Below are positions 28,542 to 39,430 of a stretch of DNA of 64,000 nucleotides, piece after piece. The DNA lies in contig CANMWZ010000009.1 of the NCBI GenBank assembly GCA_947501605.1, positions 1 to 64,000 on the forward strand, read 5' to 3'. Below the pieces are notes generated by a model. That model was not told the DNA's origin and ran no database searches. It saw nothing but the letters and a program-made list of their open reading frames with translations. The position numbers and the translations under genes were made by a program. Origin of the DNA: Planctomycetota bacterium. GTDB taxonomy: Bacteria; Planctomycetota; UBA1135; UBA2386. The stretch's first letter is position 1. Each line of letters opens with the position of its first letter.

Positions 28542-30926
28542 TCAGCGGGTTGCGATCGGGATCAGCAAAGGAGACGCGAATAGGGCCCCTGCTGCCGAGC
28601 GCAATCCCATGTTCACCACGATATTGTCCCCGGCGGGCCACCCGGTGACAGGCGGATTAACTGTTACACGGTTTGCGCTCACGAACACCTGTGCGCCGGG
28701 TGTCGTGCGCAGGCGAACTCGGTCTGCCGTCACGGTGCTGGGGTCGAGTGCACTCGAGAACACGAGGACGATTGGTTGGTTCACAGTCACGCCGACGGTG
28801 ATCGGAGGTTCGGTGTGCAACAGTTGGAGCCCGAGTGGGGTGAATGGGTCATAGACACCAGGTTCGCCGCCAGCCAGGGAGCCGTGCGGGCCTGGGCTCT
28901 TGATCGGATCACCGGCGGCGACCAAGGCCGTGCCGATGGCGAGCGAGCCAGAAAAGAGGCGCAGATCCTCGATCAAGTTCGCGGTCGCCGCGTTTGGATA
29001 ATCGAAGACGGCATCCGGCGAGATGAAGGTCGTGGGGGCGGGCGTCACAACGATCGCACCGCCGACAGAATCTGTCACCGTGAGCTTGGTGCCGTTGTCG
29101 CCGATCTCGACGGCGCTGCCATCGACGATGCCGCTGCCCGCCGCGAGAGTAATGGCACCGTTCACGTTGGCGATGGCAGAGCTGAAGCTCGAGGGCGCGT
29201 TCTCGAACGGATTGTCGACGGTTTCGATGAAGCAGGCGGCGTTGCGTACATTGACGAACGGGTTGGGCTGACGCCACACGACGCAGTTGACGGCCGAGCC
29301 GAGGCGTCGCGGATTGTCGCCGCGCGGCGCCGTCGTCAGTGCCTCGAAGCCCCCGAGCTTGTTGCCGGAGAGCACGCAGTGGCTGGCGATGACAACCTTG
29401 TCGCCTTCGGTGGTGTGAACGCCGAAGCCGAGGTTGCCCAGGAAGCTGCCGTTGGTCACGACTACATGGCCCGGCCTCAGGTCATCTGCAGTCGACGTGG
29501 CGAGGTCTGGCTCCGAAGTGATCCACAAGCCGTCGCCAGCATTCGCGGTGCAGCGCACGCGATCGATCACGTAGTTGCCTTGGTCGTCCGCGTCGATGTG
29601 GATGCCGGCACGGCGATTGGCGATGGCCGCGCAATCGCGAATCCTGATCGTGGCGTTCCACTGCGGGAACAGGTCGTAGTCCTGGTCGATGAACAAGCCG
29701 TCGCGGCCATTGCGCTGAAAGGTGCAACCCTCGACTTCGATCGAGAACTGGCCGCCCGGGGACTGTGGTGACGTGGATACGGTGTTGAGGTCGGCGCCGA
29801 GGCCGTCGAGAGAGTTGCCGAAGAACCTGCAGCCGAACGCGCGCAGGCTCGCCGAGTTGCCCGACAGCGCGAGTAGGTCGTTGGGATCGACGCCGCGGCC
29901 GCCGTTCGCGTCGAACGTGGTCCGGTCGAGGTCGAGGTCAAAGGTGCCACTGACGCCGAGCCCATCGCTGCCGTTCTGACTGACGTCGCAGGCGACGAGG
30001 CGTACGTTGCGTCGGTTGGCGAAGTCCGTCAGTTGGCGCACTCGCAGGCCGTTGTCGACGCAGCGGATCGAGCGAACGCTGCGTAGCTCGCAGTCGGACT
30101 CGGTGACATCGATACCCTCGATTGAGACGCCCTGTCCGTCGATTGCGAAGCCATCGACGATGTGCATCGCACCGCCGCTGATGACGTCGAGGATACGCGG
30201 CGTGCTGCCGCCGCGGAGCATCGTCCCGCCGCCGTCGGCGTTGCGAGTTGCGAGGCTGAATCCGGCGACGAATCCACCGTAGACGTGCACCCCGGGGCCA
30301 ACTGCGAAGGCGCCGCCTTCTTGCGTGCCGGGATCGAACGGCCGCGTCGTGTAGGTGCCGTCGAGTACCCAGACATTGGCTCCACCGTTGATGCTGGAGA
30401 AGACGGCCCCGACGAGCAGCGCGTTGTCGAGTTTCGGGTAGGCCAGGGCAGGTGTCGAGCCATCACCGTTGGTTGGACCGTTACTGTCGACATAGATCGG
30501 CGCGCTCGGGCGGCAGCGGATCGCGGTACCAACCGGCGTCCATGCAGTGGTGCCCGTCTTGCGAATGCCGAAGCCGGCGTGAACCGTCGTCCCATTCACG
30601 ACCAGAGTCGGCAGGTCTGCAGTGGCGAAGATGCGGTTGTCGCTGGTCAGTGGGGCGGCGACGGGAGCGCTGGCGAACAGCGTCAGCCGATCGAGGCCGA
30701 GGAACAGTGCCGCCTCGAAACCCGCACCCGGCAGAACGTAGTCGGCACGCAAAATGCCATCGCCGGCACACAGAGCTGTGAGGCCAGTACTGGGCGTGGC
30801 GCTGGGCGGGAGAATGGGCGGGTTCGGGCGCACCGATGGACCCACGAGATCGCCGATGTTGCCACCGCACCCAGTCAAACCAGCAGCAAGCAGCAGTGCG
30901 AACGTGTTGCGAAAGGAAATGGCCAT
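28542..30926 (-). CDS. Right-handed beta-helix lipoprotein with C-terminal Ig-like (Big_5-like) domain
   Basis: Lipobox LTGC, IYVDSN..GDGSTPALAY, repeated C.F..N..DG(L/I) units, terminal IVLVFSSALDPSTV. Confidence 0.75.
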   Translation of the reverse strand: MAISFRNTFALLLAAGLTGCGGNIGDLVGPSVRPNPPILPPSATPSTGLTALCAGDGILRADYVLPGAGFEAALFLGLDRLTLFASAPVAAPLTSDNRIFATADLPTLVVNGTTVHAGFGIRKTGTTAWTPVGTAIRCRPSAPIYVDSNGPTNGDGSTPALAYPKLDNALLVGAVFSSINGGANVWVLDGTYTTRPFDPGTQEGGAFAVGPGVHVYGGFVAGFSLATRNADGGGTMLRGGSTPRILDVISGGAMHIVDGFAIDGQGVSIEGIDVTESDCELRSVRSIRCVDNGLRVRQLTDFANRRNVRLVACDVSQNGSDGLGVSGTFDLDLDRTTFDANGGRGVDPNDLLALSGNSASLRAFGCRFFGNSLDGLGADLNTVSTSPQSPGGQFSIEVEGCTFQRNGRDGLFIDQDYDLFPQWNATIRIRDCAAIANRRAGIHIDADDQGNYVIDRVRCTANAGDGLWITSEPDLATSTADDLRPGHVVVTNGSFLGNLGFGVHTTEGDKVVIASHCVLSGNKLGGFEALTTAPRGDNPRRLGSAVNCVVWRQPNPFVNVRNAACFIETVDNPFENAPSSFSSAIANVNGAITLAAGSGIVDGSAVEIGDNGTKLTVTDSVGGAIVVTPAPTTFISPDAVFDYPNAATANLIEDLRLFSGSLAIGTALVAAGDPIKSPGPHGSLAGGEPGVYDPFTPLGLQLLHTEPPITVGVTVNQPIVLVFSSALDPSTVTADRVRLRTTPGAQVFVSANRVTVNPPVTGWPAGDNIVVNMGLRSAAGALFASPLLIPIATR

Positions 30927-30931
30927 GGGGA

Positions 30932-32728
30932 TCAGAAGCTGATGCGGGCCGTGAGGTCGAACTTGGTAGCAGGTTCCTGCGCGTCGAAAGCGGGGCCTGG
31001 TTCGAAGTGACCCAAGATGGTCTCTACGGTCAGAAGACCGGCGCGGTAACCGAACACGAGGTCAAGCTCCCAGCCGAGGTTCGGGTCGCGCCCATTGGGG
31101 ATGCTGCCGGCGCCGATGCGCAGATCGTTGAGGGGCGCGGTCTGCGACGCGAAGTCTTGCAGATACGTGTGGTAGACCGCTGTGATCGACGTGTTGGGCA
31201 GCGGTCGAAAGGACGCTGCTGCCGTCAGGATCGCGATGTTGGCGAGTTCGGGCCGGAAGACGTCGCCGTAGTAGCGAATACTGGTGACGCCACCGAGCTT
31301 GGCGTTGTTGTCGTTGAAGCCGCTCTGGCGATAGCCCTGGACCGAACTGCTGTCCTTCTCACCCGAGCCGTAGGCATAGCCGAACTGCAGCGATGGGCGC
31401 AGATCGTTGTCGAACGTGTAGCGGCCCAGTAAGTCGAAGGCCCAGCCGTTCACGTCTTCCACCTGCGCCGCGACCTCGTCGTTGATCGGGCCACCATCAT
31501 TGATACCCCAGCGACTGTGGCCGCGGGCGAAGCCGAGTTCGGCCCAGTGACCAAGGCCGACCTTGGGATCGTCGATGGAGCGCAAGCCGAACAGCACTGG
31601 CTCGTGGTCGCGCGCGGTGTGATCTTCGCGCTTCAGGACGTAGCCGCCCAACCACCAGTCGGCCGACATGCGATATCGGATCAACGACATGTACAGTTCG
31701 GTACCGTCCGTGTTGTTGGCCGGCGCAGCGAAGTCGCGCCCAATCGCGGCGCCGACGTCGACGCGCCAATCGCTGTCGTTGTAGATGGCGCGGAAACCGT
31801 CCAGCGTGCGGTCGAAGAGCCATTCCTTCTCGTCTTCGAAGTCGGTGCGGCCAACCAAGAGTTGGACTCGTTCGGCCACCGCCAACGACAACGCGCCGCG
31901 CGTGATCTGCAGCGATTCGTTCGTGGTGTCAGCGCGAGTTGGGTTGTCGTTGTTGGTGTCGCTGCGACCGGCTCCTGCCTCGAAGATCGCGTAGCTTGCT
32001 TTGTCGTTGAACAACCAGAGGGCGTCTAGGTTGAGCGACTCCGATGCCGAGGCCGAGTCGCGCTCGGTCGTTCGGTCCAAGTCGTACTCCTCCTTGTCGG
32101 TGTAGCTGAGGGACGCACTGCCGCCGAGGAAGAGGTTCTCGCTGGCCTGGATCGAGAACGGCACACCCTTCTGATCGTCGGCCTTGAACAACGCCAGCGG
32201 ATCGTCCGAGGAGCGGTCGCCGAGCGTGCCGATGCTGGCGCCCTGCTGAAACGGCAGACGGATACCGCCAACGACGATTTCAGAGTCCGCTGCCCTGATC
32301 TGCGACAACTCGCCTTCGACCTTGAACTGCTCGCGGACTTCGGACTTGCGGATCGTGCGGACCTTGAACGCGTTGTCCTTGTTGCGCAGTTTGAGGAGCA
32401 ACCATTCGCCGTCGGCCGGTTGGAATGGCTGGATCGCTTGCTTGTCGGCGGATTCGTACTCGGTCTCGCTGTCGGCCGAGAAGCGAAGTCCGACGACCTC
32501 CAATTCGGTCGCGGAGACGGGCTTGGCCGCGGCAATGATCTCCACCTTCTCGGTCTTGTCACTGCTGCCGCGCGGGAGCTCATCGATTTCGTCGACGACG
32601 GGGCGACCATTGACCATGCGGCCTTTGGCTTCGATCCACGTGCCTAGCTGCAGCTTGGCGGCCGTGCTTTGCTCGGTAGCAACGCAGCTGGACAAGAGCA
32701 GGCATGTAAGGAGTCCTGGGCGTGACAT
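30932..32728 (-). CDS. AlgE-like (alginate export family) outer-membrane porin with N-terminal DUF5666-like domains
   Basis: Lipobox-like LSSC, GR..FEDEKEWLFD..LDG, GYAYGSG, YRQSGFNDN..YYGDVFRPELAN, G.ELD, C-terminal Phe. Confidence 0.78.
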   Translation of the reverse strand: MSRPGLLTCLLLSSCVATEQSTAAKLQLGTWIEAKGRMVNGRPVVDEIDELPRGSSDKTEKVEIIAAAKPVSATELEVVGLRFSADSETEYESADKQAIQPFQPADGEWLLLKLRNKDNAFKVRTIRKSEVREQFKVEGELSQIRAADSEIVVGGIRLPFQQGASIGTLGDRSSDDPLALFKADDQKGVPFSIQASENLFLGGSASLSYTDKEEYDLDRTTERDSASASESLNLDALWLFNDKASYAIFEAGAGRSDTNNDNPTRADTTNESLQITRGALSLAVAERVQLLVGRTDFEDEKEWLFDRTLDGFRAIYNDSDWRVDVGAAIGRDFAAPANNTDGTELYMSLIRYRMSADWWLGGYVLKREDHTARDHEPVLFGLRSIDDPKVGLGHWAELGFARGHSRWGINDGGPINDEVAAQVEDVNGWAFDLLGRYTFDNDLRPSLQFGYAYGSGEKDSSSVQGYRQSGFNDNNAKLGGVTSIRYYGDVFRPELANIAILTAAASFRPLPNTSITAVYHTYLQDFASQTAPLNDLRIGAGSIPNGRDPNLGWELDLVFGYRAGLLTVETILGHFEPGPAFDAQEPATKFDLTARISF

Positions 32729-32729
32729 G

Positions 32730-33785
32730 TCAGAGAGCGAGAAGCCGGGTTACTTCAGATACTAGCACGCGTGTCAAGTCCGCCCATCGAGGGCGCATGG
32801 CGTACACGCCGCAGAGTCGCGCGCGAACGCACGCTTGCCAGCGGCTCCGTAGCGGCGATGGCATCGCAAATCGGTCGAGCATCGCGTCGGCCGCGCCGTC
32901 GTCGATGCCGCTCTGTTGCAATGCCCGCAAGCGCAGGTGTTCGGCGAGATTTACGAGGTCGAAGTTTGCGTCACCGCGGCCGACGCCTTCGAGGTCGATC
33001 AGCCACGCTCCTGCAGCTGTGAGAAAGACCTGCTTGTCGTGCAGATCCCCGTGCACAAGGCCCTCGTGGCTGTCCTCAGGAGCGCGCAGTTGTTCGATGC
33101 GGGCGGCAAGGTCGTCGAGCTCGGGCACGACAACTGCGCCCTTGCGGAGCATCTTTGCTGCGGCATCGCGGGCGCTGGCAAAGTCGTGGCGCGGGAGGTC
33201 GTCGGCGCACGGCGCCGTTGCGAGCGCGCGCACCGCCGCGTCGACCAAGAACCACGAGGGCGCGTTGCCACGCGCAAGATGCTCGCGCAGGGACTGCCCC
33301 GGGACAGCCATCGCGGCGTAGGCAAACAACTCCGGCAGCAGGCACATTGGGCGCGCAAAGTGCAAGGCACCGACCGAATCGGCGAGGCTGGCGAACACCG
33401 CGCTGGCTCGAGTCCACGTCTTGCGGTCGAGGAACTTGACGAAGACCGTCTCGCGGCCGCGCCGCATGCGCACGACCGCGCGCTTACCCGGTCGCCAAGC
33501 AACCAACTGTAGTTCGGTGACCGGGCCTAGTACCGAGGAGAGTGCTGCCTGCACCTCCGCTGGAGCCAGAAACAGACCTGCTGCGGGCAGTTGAGTGTCG
33601 TGCGCAAGTGCCAGCTCGCGAACCTCTCCGCTCGCATCCAGCACGAAGTTCCGCGGTGGCGCAGAACTGGCGCGCAACAACGCGCACGCCCGGCCATCGT
33701 CACTGCGCAGCACCAGTTCGGTGTCGGTGTCGATGGCTGGCAGACCGCTGCGAAGCGCTGCGAAATCGGCGGGCGAGGCGTTCAC
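32730..33785 (-). CDS. APH/choline-kinase-fold phosphotransferase
   Basis: WRPGKRAV, HGDLHDKQV, LIDLE, DLVNL. Overlaps upstream gene stop. Confidence 0.82.
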   Translation of the reverse strand: MNASPADFAALRSGLPAIDTDTELVLRSDDGRACALLRASSAPPRNFVLDASGEVRELALAHDTQLPAAGLFLAPAEVQAALSSVLGPVTELQLVAWRPGKRAVVRMRRGRETVFVKFLDRKTWTRASAVFASLADSVGALHFARPMCLLPELFAYAAMAVPGQSLREHLARGNAPSWFLVDAAVRALATAPCADDLPRHDFASARDAAAKMLRKGAVVVPELDDLAARIEQLRAPEDSHEGLVHGDLHDKQVFLTAAGAWLIDLEGVGRGDANFDLVNLAEHLRLRALQQSGIDDGAADAMLDRFAMPSPLRSRWQACVRARLCGVYAMRPRWADLTRVLVSEVTRLLAL

Positions 33786-35077
33786 TTCGTCGCCTCCTTG
33801 GCTGCTGCATGCGCGTGGGCTAGCAACCGCTCGCAGGCCTCTGGCCAGTCGGCGCGCAGAGACCGGAACGGCATCGCTGCCATGCGCGCGAGCGCGGCGG
33901 CGTTCCACCACGCCAGTTCTGGTGAGGTTGGCAACGAAGCCCGCTTGCTGTAAGCGGCGACGAAATCGGCGGCGAAGGAGGCGCCGTGTGCTGGGTCTTC
34001 GGCGATCGAATGCGAGTGAAAGGACGCCAGGTCGGCGGCGATCGGACCGGCGCAGGCGCGGTCGAAGTCACAGAGGCCGGCGTCATTGGCGAGTAGCACC
34101 TGTCCACAGTGAAAGTCGCCATGCAGCAGTCGCGCCGGCGACGGTGCTGGAACGGACGCTGCGAGCAGCGACGCGACCGCGGCGGCGAGGCGACCATGTT
34201 CTGGGGTCAATTGCCCCAGATCCATGCAGGCGCGTTGGACGAGGTCGAGTTCGGATGCGACGTCGCGAACCGGAGCACCCGCTGGCAGTGTTGCGGTATG
34301 CAGGCGCGCGAGTGTCGTGGCGACGGCATCGAGCCCGCTCCGATCGCCGTGGTGAAACGCGCGGCCCGGCAAGTGGCTTTCGAGCAACAGGCGCTCGTGC
34401 GGTGCGGCGAGCAGTTCGGGGACGCGCAGTCCGACTGCGGTCGCTGCCGAGGCGAGCTGCGCGCGAGCCGGCAGCGGCTCGGCGAGCAGGCGGAACCAGA
34501 CGGTCAAGCTGTGTTCCGCGGCTGCTGCATCGCCGCCCTTGAAGCCCAGATCCCAGCGCAGCACGGCGCGGCGTTCAGGCTTGTAGCGGACAATCTCGCG
34601 GCGGCTTCGACTCTTGCTGATGCGCAGACTCTCCGGCACCAGATCGGGGCGCACGCTGGTCATCATCGAGCGCACCTTGGAGGCACGAACGAGGCGGCGC
34701 AGATCGGGCATCTGGCGATCAAGCGGAAAGCCGACCAGCAGCAGTCCGTGCTCTTCGACGAGTGCTAGCGAACGCTGCCATTCGTCGGTCTCCTCGTCGG
34801 CACGGTGGCGCAGCTTCTGCGCCTCGTCGGCGAGTCGATCCGGCGGCGCGGTGCGGACGGTCACGTAGCTCGGCGCGCTGTCGTCGCCGACCTTGGCATG
34901 CCAGCCGACGATGCAGCCATCCGTGCCTTTCCAGCGCACATAGTCGGGCTCGAGCACGACCCGGCGCACGCCGTCGCCGAGATGCTGCTGCGCCAGCTCT
35001 TGAACGAGTTCGCGGTCGATCGCGCGAGCGAACGCTGCCTCCGTTGCTGCGACCGGCAGAGGGCACACGCGCGTCAT
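33782..35077 (-). CDS. APH/choline-kinase-fold phosphotransferase
   Basis: FPLDRQMP.L, RYKPERRAV, HGDFHCGQVL, LCDFD, DLASF. Confidence 0.82.
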   Translation of the reverse strand: MTRVCPLPVAATEAAFARAIDRELVQELAQQHLGDGVRRVVLEPDYVRWKGTDGCIVGWHAKVGDDSAPSYVTVRTAPPDRLADEAQKLRHRADEETDEWQRSLALVEEHGLLLVGFPLDRQMPDLRRLVRASKVRSMMTSVRPDLVPESLRISKSRSRREIVRYKPERRAVLRWDLGFKGGDAAAAEHSLTVWFRLLAEPLPARAQLASAATAVGLRVPELLAAPHERLLLESHLPGRAFHHGDRSGLDAVATTLARLHTATLPAGAPVRDVASELDLVQRACMDLGQLTPEHGRLAAAVASLLAASVPAPSPARLLHGDFHCGQVLLANDAGLCDFDRACAGPIAADLASFHSHSIAEDPAHGASFAADFVAAYSKRASLPTSPELAWWNAAALARMAAMPFRSLRADWPEACERLLAHAHAAAKEATK

Positions 35078-36891
35078 TGCGGCCCCTTCGGCGGTGCCGC
35101 GAGCAGTTGTTGGCCAGTGAGACGATCGACATCGACGAGGCGGCCGTCGACGAGTCGGATCACGCGATCGACCGAAGCGAGCACGCGAGGGTTGTGTGTG
35201 ATCAGCAGAACGGTCTGGCCGCGCAAGCGAGCGAGCACTTCGGTGCAGAGGCGCTCTTCGCTGACGGCATCGAGTCCCGTGGTTGGCTCGTCGAGCACGA
35301 CGATCGGCGCATTGCGCACCAGGGCTCGGGCGAGTGCTACGCGCTGCCGTTCGCCGCCCGATAGACCGGCACCGCGTTCGCCGACACTGGTGTCGAGGCC
35401 GTCGGGCCATTGATCCGAGTACGCGGTCACACCTGCGCAGTTGGCCGCGGCCTCCACGTCCTTCTGGTCCGCATCAGGGCGTCCGAGCAGGATGTTCTCG
35501 CGCAGCGTTGCGTCGAACAGGATCGTCTCTTGGAAGACGAGCGCAACCGCATTGCGCAGTTGCAGAGCGCCGAGTTCGCGCACGTCGACGCCGTCGACCA
35601 GCACGGTTCCGGTGCTGGGATCGCGGAGGCGCGGCAACAGCGTCGCGAGGGTCGTCTTGCCCGAACCGTTGGCGCCGACGAGGGCCACGTGCTGACCCGC
35701 CGGAATGTGGAGATTGGCGCCCTTCAGGACCTGCCGGCCATCGCCGTGGCGAAAGCTGACGTCCTGCAGCGTGATCTCACCGCGGATCTTGGGCAACGTG
35801 CGTGGCTGTTCGGGCCAAGGCAGATCGGGCACCGCATCGAGCAGGTGCAGGATGCGCTCGCCGGAGGCTGCGGCCTTGATCATCACTGAGCTGCGACTGA
35901 GCGCCTTGCGGATGGGCTTGTAGAACGAGCGAACATAGGCGAGCAGGACGAGCAGGTCGCCGGCCGAGAGATCGGTCTCGGGCGCCGCGACCCGCAGCGC
36001 GCCGTAGTACATCGTGACGCCGATGCCGAGTGCGAGTGCGGTCTCGGCGCCGATCCCAAGGCGGCCCTCGAGGCGCGTGGCGGCGAGGCCTGCCTTGGCG
36101 CTCTTGCGATTGGCTCGCGTGAACGCCTCGGCAGCCTCATCTTCCATCCCGTAGGCCTGGATGACGGGGATCGCGGACATCGTCTCGTGGACCGAAGTCG
36201 CGAGCTCTCCTTCTTTGGCCCGCTGCTTCCGGGCGGCGCGGCGCAGGCGTACGCCGAACAGCGACGTCATTACGCCGATTGCTGGCATCACCGCGACGGC
36301 CATCAGGGCGAGTCGCCAGTCCATGATCAGCATGACGATGAGCGTGCCACCGACGAGCAGACCTTCACGCATCAGCGAGAAGATGCCGTCGATCAGCAGC
36401 ATGCGCAGCGAGTTCGCGTCGCCGACCAGCCGCAACATCATGTCGCCCCGGCGGTGCTTCTCGTGCCACGCGAGCGACATGAGCAGCATGCGCTCGAGAG
36501 CGCTGCGGCGGATCCTGTTGACGACCTTCTGGCCCGCTTCTGCGAGCCACAGGTCGCGGAAGTAGCTGGCGATGCCGGTGATCAGCGAGAACACGAGCAC
36601 GGCGCAGCCAGCGAGGAGCGCCAGGGTCCCGGCGTTCTCGCGCCCCGTCATGCTCGTCGGCAGGATCGCCCAGGGTTCGGCCCCGATCACCTGATCGATG
36701 ACGACCTTGAGTGGCCATGGCTTGGCCAGTTCGGCGAGCACGACGATGCAGGTCAGCGAGAACGCTGACAAGAGCCGCAGGCGGTACTGGCTCAGGTACG
36801 GGAGCAACCGTCGCCAGACGTAGAGCGACTGACCCAGCCGCTGTCGCATGGTCAGCTTCGGCTTGTTAGTCGCCACGGACGGCCTCGTCAT
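35074..36891 (-). CDS. ABC exporter, fused permease + ATPase (MsbA-like half transporter)
   Basis: About six TM helices, PWPLKVVID, GANGSGKT, LSGGERQR, DEPTTGLD. Confidence 0.9.
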   Translation of the reverse strand: MTRPSVATNKPKLTMRQRLGQSLYVWRRLLPYLSQYRLRLLSAFSLTCIVVLAELAKPWPLKVVIDQVIGAEPWAILPTSMTGRENAGTLALLAGCAVLVFSLITGIASYFRDLWLAEAGQKVVNRIRRSALERMLLMSLAWHEKHRRGDMMLRLVGDANSLRMLLIDGIFSLMREGLLVGGTLIVMLIMDWRLALMAVAVMPAIGVMTSLFGVRLRRAARKQRAKEGELATSVHETMSAIPVIQAYGMEDEAAEAFTRANRKSAKAGLAATRLEGRLGIGAETALALGIGVTMYYGALRVAAPETDLSAGDLLVLLAYVRSFYKPIRKALSRSSVMIKAAASGERILHLLDAVPDLPWPEQPRTLPKIRGEITLQDVSFRHGDGRQVLKGANLHIPAGQHVALVGANGSGKTTLATLLPRLRDPSTGTVLVDGVDVRELGALQLRNAVALVFQETILFDATLRENILLGRPDADQKDVEAAANCAGVTAYSDQWPDGLDTSVGERGAGLSGGERQRVALARALVRNAPIVVLDEPTTGLDAVSEERLCTEVLARLRGQTVLLITHNPRVLASVDRVIRLVDGRLVDVDRLTGQQLLAAPPKGPQ

Positions 36892-38026
36892 CGTGAGGCT
36901 GTGGGCGAAGCCATGGCAGTACGATTCGCGCCTTGTGGGTCCAATCGAGATTGCGGACGAGTTCTTCGTCGGCGAGCGCCTTCGTGGGGTCGTCGAGCAC
37001 TCGTTCGGCGGCGGCAACGAAGCTGGGAATGTCGTCGGCGTCGAAGAGTCCGGGCAGGTCCCGGTCGCCGAGTTCCCCGAGCACGCAGGGCACGCGGCTG
37101 CCGATCAACGGCCGGCGCGCTGCTAGGCCCTCGACGACCTTGAGGGGCGAGAAGTAGCCTGGCGCGGCGGCGGGATACGGGGCGCAGATGGCGTCAGATG
37201 CGGCGAGATACTCACCCATGAGTTCGTGCGGGACGGCCCCCTCGAACACGATGTCGTCGGGCATCTGCGCGACCTTGGCTTCTACTTCTGCGCGTGCGGG
37301 CCCGTCGCCGATGATCCAGAGGCCGCAGGCGCGGCGCTGACGCAGCGCAGCAAACGCTTCGAGCAAGAAGCCGATCCCGTGCCACGGCTTGAGGGAGCCG
37401 ACGAACAGCAAGACGGGCTTGCCCTGGAGCTGCGCTGGGCGCGCCATGGGCTTGGCGTTCTCAAAGGCGTCGAGATGCGCGCCGTTGCCGAGAACGTGCA
37501 CGCGTTCTTTCGGCGCGCCCGCAGCAACGAGCATCTTGGCGAGTTCGCGCGACACGGCGAACACGGCGTCGGCGCCGCGAAGTACGTCGAGGCAGAGGGC
37601 TTCGGCCGTGGCCGCTAGATGCAGGGAACGGAACTGCGCGGCTTCGATCCAGAGTGGCGCGTTGACCTCGACAACGTAGGGCAGTCCGTTGGCCCGGGCG
37701 TAGGCGAGCCCGCCACCAGAGAACAGTGCGAGACGTTCGTAGACGGCACTGTGCGGGCCGGCGGCCTGCAGTGCTTCGAACACCGCCCGCGAATGGGCGA
37801 GCTGCAGGACCTCGCCGGCGATACCCGCAGCGCGCGGCGTTGCGACGATCTGCGCCCGATGAGGCAGGAAGCCGTCGGTTTCTCCGGCGCGCGTCATGAA
37901 CACGTCGAGGGACGCGCCGAGCAACGCCATAGCTTTTGCCATCGCTCGGAAATGGACCGATGCGCCCTTGCTGCTGTCCGGCGGGATGCCGGGATCCGCA
38001 CAGAGGTAGGCGATCGGGTGCGTCAC
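36866..38026 (-). CDS. Glycosyltransferase family 4
   Basis: YLCADPGIP...KGASVH, YERLALF, EVNAPL, FVGSLKPWHG, YFSPLKVVE. Confidence 0.88.
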   Translation of the reverse strand: MTHPIAYLCADPGIPPDSSKGASVHFRAMAKAMALLGASLDVFMTRAGETDGFLPHRAQIVATPRAAGIAGEVLQLAHSRAVFEALQAAGPHSAVYERLALFSGGGLAYARANGLPYVVEVNAPLWIEAAQFRSLHLAATAEALCLDVLRGADAVFAVSRELAKMLVAAGAPKERVHVLGNGAHLDAFENAKPMARPAQLQGKPVLLFVGSLKPWHGIGFLLEAFAALRQRRACGLWIIGDGPARAEVEAKVAQMPDDIVFEGAVPHELMGEYLAASDAICAPYPAAAPGYFSPLKVVEGLAARRPLIGSRVPCVLGELGDRDLPGLFDADDIPSFVAAAERVLDDPTKALADEELVRNLDWTHKARIVLPWLRPQPHDDEAVRGD

Positions 38027-39243
38027 GCGCCTGCCGCCTTCTTGCCGTTCTGATACCAACTCTGCAACTTGCCGACGTTCGTCGAGAGATCGAAGCACTG
38101 CTCGGCGCGGGCGCGTCCGGCGATCGATAGGGCCTTGAGTCGCGCAGGATCGCGCAGCAGGCTCGTCAGTTCAGTGGCAACCGCCTGTGCGTCGGCCGGT
38201 GGGACGATGACCCCCGCCTTGCCGAAGTCCGCGATTTCTTCCACGCCGCCCACGGGTGTGCTGAGGATCGGCAGGCCGGCGGCCAGCGCCTCCAGGAGCA
38301 CGGTCGGCAGAGCGTCGCGATTGCCGTCGGCGCCGATGATGCATGGCAGTGCCATCACGGTGGCTTGGCTCATTGCCGCACGAACTTCGTCCTGCGTGCG
38401 CATGCCGAGCCATTCCACGTTGTCGAGTTGCAGGTCGACGACTTGCTTCTTCAAGCGCTCCAGATCTTCGCCGTCGCCGATGATCTGGCACTTCGGCGTG
38501 AAGCCCTGCTGCTTCATGAGTGCGAGCGCGTCGAACAGGACGTGGAAGCCCTTCTTCTCGACCAGGCGACCGACCGACAGAATCGTCGGTTGCGCGCTGG
38601 GCTTCCTCGTCTGCGGATGGAAGGCGGTCACGTCGACGCCGTTGTAGAGCACGCGCAAGTCGAGCTTGTGGCCTTCGAGGTTGTCGAGGATGTAGCGGCG
38701 GTTGGCCTCGCAAACCGTCACGACGAAGTCGCTGGCGCCGAGCAGCGACGTGAAGCGATCGCCGGTAACGCCGTCGCGGTAGATGTCCTTCGCGTGGCAG
38801 GTGACGCTGTAGGGGATGCCGGTCAGCGAGCTTGCGCCGCGCGCCACATAGGCGGCGATGGTCGCGAAGTGCGCGTGCATCCGATCGATGCGATGTTTCT
38901 TGAGCAACAGGGCGAGGTCGAGGCTCCAGTTCAGAATGCCCCAGGTGTCCGGACGTTGGCCTTGGACGAGATCCTCGAACTGACCCCAGACTTGCTCCTT
39001 CCGCGCTGAGATCAGCGGCCAGCACGCCTTGAGATGCGCGGGCATCGTCTCGGGCCGGCGACCGAGCATGTAGACGACGGGGCGCTTCAGTTCGCTGAGA
39101 CCGCGGTGGTAGACGCCATCGTCCGGGCGATTCAACGAGAAGACCGTCACATCAACGCCGTGGCGTTGCAATGCGAGGATCTCGTTGAGAATGAAAGTCT
39201 CGGAGTTGCGTGGAAACTTCTTCAGGACGTAGCCGACGTGCAC
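38023..39243 (-). CDS. Glycosyltransferase family 4 (WcaL-like)
   Basis: GYVLKKFPRNSETFILNEI, HAHFAT, HAKDIY, VGRLVEKKG, DALPTVLLEA. Confidence 0.9.
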   Translation of the reverse strand: MHVGYVLKKFPRNSETFILNEILALQRHGVDVTVFSLNRPDDGVYHRGLSELKRPVVYMLGRRPETMPAHLKACWPLISARKEQVWGQFEDLVQGQRPDTWGILNWSLDLALLLKKHRIDRMHAHFATIAAYVARGASSLTGIPYSVTCHAKDIYRDGVTGDRFTSLLGASDFVVTVCEANRRYILDNLEGHKLDLRVLYNGVDVTAFHPQTRKPSAQPTILSVGRLVEKKGFHVLFDALALMKQQGFTPKCQIIGDGEDLERLKKQVVDLQLDNVEWLGMRTQDEVRAAMSQATVMALPCIIGADGNRDALPTVLLEALAAGLPILSTPVGGVEEIADFGKAGVIVPPADAQAVATELTSLLRDPARLKALSIAGRARAEQCFDLSTNVGKLQSWYQNGKKAAGA

Positions 39244-39430
39244 AAGAACCTCGCGTAGCTGGCGGATGCAGAAGCGACGGTGCGATCGCAGTGGGCCATC
39301 GGCTGGCTCCCTGGGATCTGGATGCACTACTTCTGCTGGAAGAGTAGTTTACGACAAGATTACGGCCGTGCGCGATGGGCTCTTGGGAATGCACGGCTGC
39401 ACCCGGCACACGGGCACACCGGCTCCCGGC

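Noticed and set aside
32730..35077. Aminoglycoside resistance genes
   Set aside because: Only the fold is shared. The operon context with glycosyltransferases and a porin points to biosynthesis.
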